Assembly (NCBI GenBank): GCA_050273025.1 | Contig: CP158636.1 | Coordinates: 3,224,001 to 3,288,000 of the forward strand | From: Cenococcum geophilum | Taxonomy: Eukaryota | Direction: 5' to 3' | DNA length: 64,000 nt | Shown: piece after piece, positions 14,201-26,200 of the stretch | How the letters are laid out: the number at the start of each line of letters is the position of its first letter | Position numbering within the stretch: the first letter of the stretch is position 1 | Notes under the pieces: model-generated | Database searches by the model: none | Told to the model about the DNA's origin: nothing | Seen by the model: the letters and a program-made list of their open reading frames with translations, nothing else | Position numbers and translations under genes: made by a program

Positions 14201-16334
14201 TCATAGCTGCTTCTCAAGCCAGTCCTGCATAGTCACGCCGCTCTGAAAATGCGCAGCAATGTGCTCAACCCTTTCCGCCCAGCTCCCAAGATCAGATTTG
14301 CAAAAGCCACACCACAAGATGCCAGCGCGGAACTCGGACTGATCGACATCCTTGCCCCATGACTTGAGTACTTTGCTGGCCCGACCCGTGCTAAACTTCC
14401 CCTTGCGCAAGTGTACCTGCTCAACATGTTGCTTCAGATGGTCCTTCCTCGAGAAAGTGCGGGCATCCACGGATTTCTCTAGGCACGCTTCCACGCTGTG
14501 CTTTGCGAGATGGGCGGCGGACGGCGAGTCGAGGTGGCAGAAGGCACAGCTGTCCTGCCACAGTGCCGAGTTCTCAGGCATGCAGGTCCATTTTGTCGCG
14601 GCAACGTGCGTGGCCTCGTGCCTCTTCCACTCGTAGCGGTCCTTGAGCGGCTTGCGGCAGAATAAGCAACGGAAGGTCTTTTTATCCTTCGGAGTCTCGG
14701 CTTGAATGGGCTCACAGAGAGCATGCGGCTTGTCGAGCTTGGCCGAGGTCTTGAGCGATGGAGGGGGTAGCCTCTTACCCTTCCTTCCGGGCTTCGAATT
14801 CAGATCATAGTATGGGACTGGAGGCCCTAAGTCTTGGCCGGGGGAGCTCGAGATCGTGGTGCTCGATGCAGATGGAGTCCCCACTTCTGCAGAGTATGAG
14901 AGCGAAGAAGATGTGAATTCTTCATCAAGACATGAAACGAAGTCGCCAGCTTCGAGACATCCTAGTTCGCTTATCTGAGTTGTGGTATGCCGCGATCTAT
15001 ATTCTTCGGCGCAGAGCCGCTGGACATCAGTAGATTTGTCTGGTAGTATGTTCGCCTTTCTGGATTGTTTTATAGGACTTGGGGAATGATTGTGAGACTG
15101 GTTGTTGTACCGCCCGACTGATAGAGGTATCGAGGAGTTGGAAATCTCCATATCGGTCACTGGGTTAAGCTATTTAGCACATCGTAAGATAAAGGTTCTT
15201 GGTTCCTAGCTTACTCTTAGCTTTTCTACGAGCTCTTAGATTGGTAAAACAGGTCCTGACTTGTTGGAGTGTCAAGCCAGTGTCCTTTGCGAGAGCAATT
15301 TCGTCATCCTGGCTAGGATATGGCCAATCCGGATGGGCATCAAACCATAGTTTAATTGGCACACTGGCTTTTCTTTTGTTCGGTAGAGAGGCAGAGCGCG
15401 CGGTGACTCTTGTTGTCCTGCCATTGAACGTTGTTGGAGTTTCGGCCTTGGGTGAATTTTGGGTTTGCTTAGTTGTAAATATCAATCCTTTGGTGGCTTC
15501 CGGTGTCTCCTGCAGATACGACTCGTCTTGCACGATTTCGAAGCTACTGTCAATACTGAAAGTATCGCTCGTAGAATGACTTTGAGCGTGTGGAAAAACA
15601 GAGGATTCAAACGTCTCTGTTGTTATGGGAGAGGCACCCGATCTGTAACCTATTATCTGAGCAGCTTCATCTTGATAGTCCAAGTATGAACCATAGAGCT
15701 CCAGATCTTCCATCCGAACAAACATGCTGGCGTTTTTTTCAAGATCCCTTGGCTTTTTCTGAGGGCTGGAGTCTTGAAAGCCATCCAGAGAAGCATCTTC
15801 AAATTGCAGCTCGCTCTGCTCGGCCCACACATTCGCGATATGCAGCGGCAATTCATCGTTGTCATAATGGTAAAAAGAATCGCTCTTTGAACTATCGTAG
15901 TCCTTGGATTCAGCAAAAGGGAAGAGTGCAGGTGTCTTTTCCAGTACCAGTGGTTTCTCCAGCTCAGATCGTGGCGGGCTAGCAACACAACAGGAGTTCA
16001 GCCGTCCAGATTCTTTGTAAGGCACCTCTAAAGCACTGTCGAACCGTTTTGGGCCAATATTGACGAGATCTTCGCCAATACAAGCGTCGCGGAATGTACT
16101 ATTGAAATCTACCCAGTGTTGGCCATTGACATTCTACTTGGTAGCATATTCGTTGATATATTTCGGCTTACCCTTATTTCTATTATGGATCTCATTTGAA
16201 TAGAGAAGTTCGTAATTTGGAAGGCTGGAATGAAGGTTGGAGGTTGTATTGTCGGCAAGGCTGAGCTTTGAGCCTGCGCAACCCATCTCGCCCTCTTCGC
16301 CCATCTCGTCAACCTCAACGATAAAGTCGAACAT
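14201..16334 (-). CDS. TALE-type homeobox plus C2H2 zinc-finger transcription factor; intron 15170-15214; start uncertain because of an in-frame TAG at 16134-16136
   Basis: Homeodomain WFDAHPDWPYPS...TGLTLQQVRTCFTNLRARRK; zinc fingers FRCLFC...WKRHEATH, FSRKDHLKQHVEQVH and WCGFC...HIAAHF. Confidence 0.8.
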
Positions 16335-16994
16335 TCTGCTATTAGAAGCTAAAAACAAGCGCGAAACTTTTTGAAAGAATAGAATAACTCTCTGGAGTAG
16401 TTTTAAGAGCTTAGATATTCCAAATGAGCTTCAAGGCGGTTTATGGCACATCCATTAGCATCGACGTCACGTGACTTCAATCGAATATGGTTGCCAGGAC
16501 ACGTCCCACGCAATAGAAAGTCTGGCACCATTATGCGTCAAATCGTGTCTTTGATGCAAGCATGCCCCTTCACCACTCTAAATGGGATGTCCAATCATCG
16601 TCAGGAGTCACTCAAACTCTTGGGATCACTTAGGTCCAACCCATGCATCTTCTCCTAATGCCACGCCTAGAACGAATCATGCAACCAAGCCGTATCTATT
16701 TTGCGGCACATTGGGCTCACCCTAACTATATTTTTTTCTCGTATTATTACGTACAGGCATACTGTACTAAATTATCCCCTTTTTACAAATTTAGGAAACG
16801 AAGAAGAAAGGACAAAGCTCTACGCTAACATGCGGATCGTTAGTACCCCCTAACGAAAAATTTGACCCGAGTTTATGATTAATAAGCCGATTAATTAACC
16901 CAAAGCTTTAATTTAGAGCCTTATTGTATAGAGCTTAATTAACATATACTAGTAGGTATGGATGTTTCGTAAATCCTATACCTCCGTCGTGCTT

Positions 16995-18935
16995 CGCAGT
17001 AGGGGGTAACTTTGGGCAGAGCCTTGGGCAGAGCTTTAATAGAGCCTTATGTAGAGCTTTGGTAGAGCCTCGTGTAGAGCTTTCGTGCGGAGCTTCATGC
17101 AGAGCCTTGCGCAGAGCCACGTGCAGACGTACAGACATGCAGACGTGCAGACGTGCAGCCGTTTGTTCTGGCGATTAATTGCAGAGACATTTGTAGAGAC
17201 GATTGTATAGGCAATTGTATAGGCGTTTATGTGGGCAATTAATTGATTAATCAATTATATGGACGTTTGTAGAGTCGTGCGTAAAGCCGTGCATAGAGCT
17301 ATTTATAGAGCCGTTCGTAGAGACGTTCGTACGGGCGTTTAGTTGATTGATTGATTGATTGTATAAGCGTTTATATAGGCAATTAATCAATTAATTGACT
17401 AATTATATAGGCGTTCGTATGGGCGATCGTGCAGACATTTGTGGAGCCGTTTATAGAGCCGTTTGTGTAGACGATTATAGAGCCTTCTTAGTATATTAGT
17501 GCTGCATGTTAGTAGAGCTTTAGAGCTCCGTATTAAGCGTTAAGTAGAGTTTCGAGTAAAGCTTTGAGCTCAAGGGGGAGACCCCCTTGGACCCCCCCTG
17601 CGCACTAAGTGCTCTATTTACCGCGTAGGCAGAGTTCTTGCAGAGGCTTTGGTAGAGCGTTTGATAGAGCTTTTGTAGAGCTTTATATAGAGGTTCGTGT
17701 AGAGCTTTTGTAGAGCTTTTGCAGAGCTTTTATAGAGCTTTTATAGAGCTCTGTGTAGAGCTTCGGTAGAGCTTTGTGTAGAGCTTCGGTAGGGCTTCGT
17801 GTAGAGCTTCGGTAGAGCTTCGTGTAGAGCCTTGTGCAGAGCCACATGCAGGCGTTCGCACGGGTGATTAACTGCAGAGACGTTTGTAGAGACGATTGTA
17901 TAGGCAATTGCATGGACGTTTAATTGGTCGTTCGTATGGGCGTATGATTGATCGATTGTATGGGTGTTTGATTGATTGATTAATTGTATGGGCGTTCGTA
18001 CGGGCAATTGTGCAGACGTTCGTAGAGCCGTTTGTAGAGCCGTTCGTGTAGACGATTATAGAGCCTTCCTAGTATATCAGTGCTGCGTGTTGGTAGAGCT
18101 TTAGAGCTCCGTATTAAGCTTCGAGTAGAGCTTCGAGTAGAGCTTTAAGCTCAAGGGGGAGACCCCCTTGGACCCCCCCTGCGCACTATGTGCTCTATTT
18201 ACTGCGTGGGCAGAGCTCTTGCAGAGGCTTTGGTAGAGGCCTTGGTAGAGCTTTAGTAGAGCTTTTGCAGAGCTTCGTAGAGCTTCGAGCAGAGCTTTGT
18301 ATAGGTGTTCGTGTAGGCGTTCGTACAGACGTTTGTAGAGACAATCGTACAGACGTTCGTACGGACGATTGTATGGGCGATTGTAGACGTTTGTAGAGAC
18401 GTTTATACGGGCGTCTGATTGATTGTATAGGTGTTTGATCAATCGATCGTATGAACGTTCGTACGGGCAATCGTGTAGACGTTTGTAGAGCCGTTCGTAG
18501 AGCCGTTCATAGAGACAATTGTACGGCGATTGACCGTATGGGCGGTTATACGGCCGATTGCAGAACCTTCCTAGTATATTAGTGCTGCGTGTTATAGAGC
18601 TTTAGAGCTCCGTATAGGGCTTCGAGTAAAGCTTCGAGCAGAGCTTCAAAGGGGAGACCCCCTTAGACCCCTGCGCATAGCGTGCTCCATTTACTGCATG
18701 GCCAGTACACTAGGTGGGCAGAGGTGCTGCAAAGCCTTTGGCAGAACCTTTGGCAGAGCCTTTGGCAGAGCTTTTGGTAGAGCTTTTGGTAGAGCTTTTG
18801 GTAGAGCTTTGGGTAGAGCTTTGGGTAGAGCTTTGGGTAGAGCTTTGGGTAGAGCTTTGGGTAGAGCTTTTGGTAGAGCTTTTGGTAGAGCTTTCGCAGA
18901 GCTTCGTACGGAGCTTTTGTGCAGAGCGTTTGTAG
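16995..18935. repeat. Complex satellite: 500-580-bp higher-order units built from 12-mer GTGTAGAGCTTC-type repeats
   Basis: Landmark CCTTC(C/T)TAGTATAT(T/C)AGTGCTGC at about 17483, 18064 and 18566; GGGGAGACCCCCTT-like motif at about 17574, 18155 and 18650; near-pure GGTAGAGCTTT(T/G) array at 18740-18900. Confidence 0.9.
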
Positions 18936-19757
18936 AGATCAATGTTTTGAAGTTCGTCACGTGAATTCTGCCATAATTTACCACCCGCAAGTTTTTTTCT
19001 AACCAATCAGAAGCTGTTTCCCAACCAATCAGAAGTTGGCTTGGCGGGGGTTTGAATTCCAGGACCCGAATATAGAGACCACTCGTACCTCGGGTCAATA
19101 ACTACCAGTCTTACTGTGATAAATATATATCTATATAGCGATTTTTATATTTTCGATTCACAAGAAACGCAATGGTCTTTATTACTTATATCTATAGCTA
19201 CAGGTAATATCTTAGATTTAAGACCCAGCCTTACCCCTAAACACTGCTTATCCCTTAAGCCGCCAAGTTGCGTCCCTCTTATTAATAAGGATTTAGCCAG
19301 TCAGATCAATAAGATCAAATCGCCGTGCTCAGGAATATGAGATTGGAGATATCTATTAAATATTATATAAAATAATCTATACAGCCTATTTTTAGGGTCA
19401 AGTCACTTAATATAAAGTAGCTAACACTCGTCCTTTCTGCAGAATGGAATCTAATATATTTACACCCAAAATGCGTCCCTGGCGCTCGCAGAGGCCTCTA
19501 AAAGGGTGTAAAATCGGGCAGCGGCCACCGCTCTGGTGGCGGGTTTTTAGCAACCTAATTTGGTCGAACGTTGTAGAACAAGATCTGCGTTATTGGAAGT
19601 ACGATTGGAAGGTATAGTTGATGGTAATGTATTGATCAAATCTATATAGGCTATGCGCGTAATTTTGATTCTGGCGCTCCGCACGGACTATCTACTAGAT
19701 GGACGCTGGCGGCTAAGGGCTTACTCTTTTAGGTCAACGATAATCATACACCACGCG

Positions 19758-20232
19758 TACACCCCCTACCTAGACAAGCTTAGATGTTTCCACTTTAAGT
19801 TAGAATATCGCGTATGTTTGACTTGTTTACACTCAAATCGCGAAAATCAAAGTGTCAAAATACAACACCTATAATAATATCTTTTAAGATCGTCCTAAGC
19901 TGACTGGTAGGACTACGGAGTGCTCTGCGAGGCGCTGTAAGAACTAGATTGGCGCGCCCGCAGGTAGTGCAGCCAGTATTTCGCTCGAATGCTGAGAGCT
20001 CCCGGTGAGTAGAGTTATCAATGCGATTCGTAGAGCCAGCCGGGCGACCGCGACGACGCTCTACAATTGCAGGCTCTTGAATAAGAACGTAAGGCAAATG
20101 CGAGGTGTTGATTCAGGTATGCGAGCGTGGTGTTGTTTTCGCGATTTAGGTGTAAACAAGTCAAACACACGTGATATTCTAACTTGAAGTGGAAAGATCT
20201 AAGATTGTTTGGGTAGGGAGTGTGGGAGTGTA
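19758..20232 (-). mobile_element. Short TIR element with about 90-bp inverted repeats enclosing a Mutator-like transposase C-terminal fragment
   Basis: 19760-19850 is an inverted copy of 20135-20223; internal peptide IQEPAIVERRRGRPAGSTN...STHRELSAFE. Confidence 0.55.
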
Positions 20233-23200
20233 CAGTGGTGTTCACGGCTTGGCTGAGCGCCCGCTCAGTCGCTGAGCCGCACGTGATACATACAACCCCC
20301 GTCAACATTCGCGGATATCCACGGCCAAGCCTACAGCCAAGCCATAGACATCTTCGAATGTCTTTACCCCTACTAATTAAGTCGCTAATGCGCGCGTACT
20401 ATTAGCCTATTAGCCCAGCCGTACGCCTATATATTTACCCTATACGGCAAAGTCACTTATTTGCTCTTACTAAGCGGCCGGTAGGTATACTTTCTCTACC
20501 TCTTCTCCCTAGTCTATATCTGCGTATATAGGAAAATAGGAACCCCCCCTTAGGGCGTAGCTTCTCTAGCAGCATCCTATATATCTTAAAAATGCCATTA
20601 ATTAGTTGCGTAAAGATTAATATTATAAATAATGCCGAACTACGCGCTAATACAAAGAGTATCTTTACCCTTATATATTCTAAGAGACCTAAAAATACGT
20701 CTCTAAATTATAAGCTAAAGTAGAAAGAGTTTAAGGTAAATAGGTAGGTACTTTATAAAGTAGTATACTTATAACTAACGCGCGTCTTTCTAGGCCTTTT
20801 ATAAGCGGAAGTAGTACTATAATAGCAATACCGTTATAGAAGAGAAGCTACTTTTTTTCCTTATTAAGGAGGTTATAGGCTAGCTACTAAAAGCGAAAAG
20901 CTATAAGGCTAGTAATAATATGCCTTAGGATAAAACGTAGCTCTTCTAGCGCTTAGTTTATAGCTATATTACTACCCTAATAGACCTTTATTAGATATAA
21001 AAAGGTATAGGGATAAATAGCTACTAGTCCCTATAGGAGGATAACGTTAGGGATTACCTAAAGGTTCTATAATAGAGGGATATATAGTAGAAAAAGGAGT
21101 AGTTTATAGATAAGGGTAAGGATATACTACTTAATAGATATATAGAGGACAAGTTTAAGAGCGTTTGCCGCGAGCTATAGGCCCGTAGAAACTCCTTACT
21201 AGAATACTACCTCTATACGCTTATAGATATCCTACTAGGCTACTATATACTTACCTATAGTGGTAATAGGCGCTCCGCTAAGATCTTAAACCTATTTACC
21301 TTTAAGTTTAGGGGGAAAGGTCCTACGCGCTATATGCCCTTAATATTTACTATACGCGCTAGTAAGTAGAACTAGTATAGCTACTTTAAGACTATTGGAG
21401 CTCTATATAATAAAAAGCCGCTTATTTATATACTTAAGTTACTATATAGAAGGGAGCATCTAATATTAGTAGTACCCAATATATACTAAAAAAAAAGGAG
21501 CTCTTGCTGCACCCGGCCTAAAAAGACCAAAACTAACCTGAAAAACACCTAGAGAATCCCCCTGAGATGCATGCATCGCAGGGGAGGCACACGTCGAACG
21601 ACGGTAGCTCGCACTCGCGCGCGACCGCTAGAACTACGCCTAGCAATGGCCCTCCACAATAAAGATAGGTGAATACTACACCATAAAGCGGAAATACCTC
21701 TATTAAGAAGGCATCTAATAAAATATAAAGCCTATTAAACGCGTCTAGTATCTAGAATTATGGGGGAGTAACCGTTAGCTATAACAAACTAATATAGCTA
21801 GTAGAATGGCTCCGCTAGTCTAGCGAACCTTAGGCGCCCCTTTAGTAAACCCTTAATTAAATCCTCTAATAGCTAAGTAAAATTAAAAATAAGTATAACC
21901 CCCCTTTACCGGCGAACCGCACCTAAGCCGCCGTAGCTGCGCTTTTATAGTATAGGGAACCTACCCCCCTTAAGTTAATAACTAGGTATATAATTATAAT
22001 ATAACTAAATATAGAATAAGTAGAGGGGCTTAGGGGATAATTAGAAATAAAAGTCCTTATAGAGATACGCAAAGAGGTCTATAACGCTATTATAGTCTAA
22101 CACCTTAAGAGCGGAGATATTAGAGTTACCTTAAAGGACTAATAGGTAAAGGAATAAGCTATAAGGGTAGAGGATAGGCTAGGAGAACGTATTGGTATAA
22201 AAGTACTCCGTAAGGATTACTTAGTTAAAGTCCTAGCGGTTTCTATAAGCCTTAGGGTAGAAAAAGGACGCTAGGTGGATAATATAGTAATTATATAGGA
22301 GATAGTAAGACAAACGGAACGCCTTATACTAGGACTTAAAATCACCTAAATCTAATAGCTTTAATAGAAAAATATAAACTAAGTATATAATAAGAATAAT
22401 AAGAGGATATAAGGGTTGCTAGAGACTCGCTAGGGAGACGCCGGACAAATATATAGCTCCCTTATTATTAGCATATATATACTAGGAATATAAAAACTCC
22501 TTATCTAAAAAGGAATAATTATAAATGGCCTTATATATAATACAAGGCTTTATAACTATAGACTACGCCTAAAATAATGCTATTGCTATATATAATAGGG
22601 ACACACCCAATCTATATACGCAGCATAGGTATACTACGGCCACTATATAGGCCCCTATAATACGAGATATTGCTTAAATTAAGACTAAATAAAATGCGTA
22701 AACTGCCACCGAAGCACACATAAGGCGTAGGAGAGAGAAGACTATATTAAATATAGGAGACGGAAGGTAAGGGCTTAACAGCTATAGGAATAACTACACG
22801 CTAGGTTATATAAATAAAAATAACAGGCAATAAGCTAGGGGGACATAGGCGCCTTTCTAGCGTTTTCTACCTTTAATACTAGAGGGCTAGGCTAGCCATC
22901 CTAAGCCTTAACGGGCCAGAAGCGACAACGCGCGATATTACTAGACTAATTAGGGATATAAGGGTCATAGGGGACATAAGGGAGAGGACGCCCCGTAGGA
23001 AGACCCCTATAGATAGCAATAGTAGGCTTAAGACTAGGATAATTAAGAATTAGACTTAATGCGGTAAATATAATATTCGCAGCCAACCTATAAAGGGTAT
23101 ATAGCTAACTAGTAAGAATAGGGGAAGAACCGGTAATAATAATAGATTTAGATATAGAAGCGCTAATAGGAACATAAGATACGGGAATAGAAAGCTCTAT

Positions 23201-26200
23201 ATAAAATAAGTAGTAACTAGGGTGTAGATATAAGAGATAGAAGCTCTAAATATCCTAAAGAAAGTAAAAATAGAAGAAGTAAGGAATAAAGGAGAGTCGA
23301 AGGACCCTCGCTAGGGGTTTACTACCTATCTATTATATAGTATAACTGCGGTAACACAAACTACTACCTTACAAGGCCCCTACTAAACAGTCTAAACCTA
23401 GAGAAACACTATATCCTTACTATACAAGAACCGTATTATAATACCTTTATATAATTAATATACTGCCCCTAAGGATTCCAGCTCCTATATAAACTAAAAA
23501 TAGCTATACGCGTATACTTTATAATTAGTAAGGCTATTAGCCTATCCTTATAGTTATAGTAGGCAGTTAACCCAGATATTATAGTTATAATAATTTAAAT
23601 ATATAGGGGACCGGTATAAATTATTAATATATATAACCCTAGGGTTAAAGGGGTCCTATAAATAGAGAATATTATATTAGTAATAAGCTTATTAGAAACT
23701 AAAGGTACAGAGTCTATCCTACTAGGAGATATAAACCTCTACTACCCGCGGTAGGGGGGTATCTATATTGCTATAGATTAATAGTTAGAGTGCTTACTAA
23801 GAGCTATAGATATCTAGGGCCTTAAGCTAGCTATTTTCCTAGGAGCAATTATATGGCAATAAGGCACCGCTAGAAGTATAATTAACCTTATATTTATAGA
23901 CGAAGGCCTATACTAGAGACTTAAAAGGTATAACCCTAAAGAAGAATAGGCACTTACCCTAGACTATATCCCTATCTAAATATAGCTAGACCTAAATACT
24001 AAAGCGCAATTAAATAAAAAAAGATACGTAATAAGGAAGCTTAAGACAGATAGTTTCCTTAATATAGTTAAATAATAACTCTAAGACCTAGAAGAAATCC
24101 ACCTAATACTAAACAAGCAAGGCTTATTAGCTACCCCTAAGGAAATCGACCAAAGACTAAAAAGGATCTAGGTAGTAATTAAAAATAGGCTAGAAGAGCA
24201 CTGCCCGATCTTAAAACTAGGCCCCTATATATAATACGCATGGTTTATATAATACGCAGTTCTAATTACCAGCCAATAATAAGTAAAAAGGAAATATATA
24301 AGCAGCCACGACCCTAAAGATAAGAGATAATACAAAAATATAAGAAACCAGCTAAAGAATACCCTAAAAAAAAAGGTAACGAATAACTAGAGACGGTTTA
24401 TAAACGAGTATACTTCTAACCTAAGCCTCCCCTATAATAAGGGCCTTTAGGCTATAGCAAAATGGGTAAAGAAAAAGGTAGGGCGCCTAGTAGAAGACCT
24501 ATACCTACCACCCCTATAAAGAGTAGGAGAATTATAAGCTATAAACGATAATAATAAGAAGGCAAAGATTCTTATAGAAAGGTTTTTCCCCTAACTAGCT
24601 TTAGTAGACCTTAGTAATATTACAGGCAAAATACCGGTAACTCGCCTGTAGGTTAACAGCGATATAATAATAGAGAAAATGGCTAGAACTATTAGCCGCC
24701 TTTTAAATAATATAGCACTAGGACTAGATGGGATTCTAAATAAGGCCCTAAAAACCTATAGGCTACTTATAGCACTTTGGCTTATAGATATAGCCAAAGT
24801 ATGCTTTACTATAGGCTACTACCCATAACTTAGAAGATCTATAACGACGGTTATTTTATAAAAAGAAGGTAAAGCAGATTACTTAATCCTAGGAAGCTAC
24901 CGCCCTATTGCCTTAGAAAATACCCTTAGTAAGATCTTAAAAAGGGTAATAGCGGAACGTATAGCAGATACGGTAGAGGAATACGCCTTACTACTATAAA
25001 GCTAAATAGGGGCAAAAAAGAACCGCTTAACACTATTAGCACTTACGCTACTTGCTACCACTATTAAATCTGCATAGGCGATGCGAAAGGACTTTATAGT
25101 ATTAATGCTTAGCCTAAACATTAGTAGTACCTACAATAATATACCCTATAAGCGTCTCCTATATATTCTTAGGGTAAAGGGCTTCCTAGAATGGATTATA
25201 TAATTTATCTAAGGGTTTATAGGCTAGAAAGAAATATTACTGGTCTTTAGCGGATACCAGAGCCCCCCTATTATAGTTACAACAGGAATACCACAAGGAT
25301 TACCCCTCTTGCCTATACTCTTTCTTTTCTTTATAAGCAACCTACTTAACTTCTTTAAGAAAGGGGCAACCTAGGGGATAGGCTTTGTTAATAATATAAA
25401 CCTAATTATATACGGGCTAATAGCCGCAAAAAATTGCAGAACACTAAAGAAAGCCTATAACACTTATATAAAATAGGCAAAACGTTATAGAGTCTAATTC
25501 TTACTAGAGAAATACTAGCTAATCCATTTTATAAGAAAACGTAACTAATCTACAGATCTCTAGTATATAATTTATATCTAAGGCTTTAGGGGTTAACTAG
25601 TTTAGGGCCTAAAGGTATTAGGAGTATAGGTAGATAGTAAGCTCCGGTAGAGCGTATATACGGCATAAGCGGCCCGTAAAGGCTAAGCACAGTTTATTAC
25701 TTTATTTAGGATTATTAATTCTATATAGGGTCTATGCTTTTAGAGGTTACGCCTACTATATATAGCAGTTATCCAGCCAACCATAATATATAGATCCAGT
25801 ATTTAGGCCATTAGAGAAACTAAAAAGGGCCCCCCTAAATTACTCCTTAAACTACTTTAAAAGGTCTAAACAGCCTACCTTTAAAGTATTATAGGCGGGT
25901 ACAAGCGAACGGCCATAGTACTACTTAAGAAGGAATCTAATATTCCCCCCCTATAGTTATATATTAAAGCCGCTGCAATATAAAGGACGTAAAATAAACG
26001 CAACTCTAATGTTATAAAGTATATTAAGACACGCCTAAGTAAACTATAGAGGGATCCTAGGGTGCCCTATAGGAGAACAAACCAATAACCCTAAAGTAGG
26101 GAAGAGATATTAGAGAAACAGGTAAAGAAAGCAGAAGAAGAATAGTACCGCTTTAGGGCCCAGGCCCATATAAAGGAGAAAGGGAGATATATAAGAGGTT

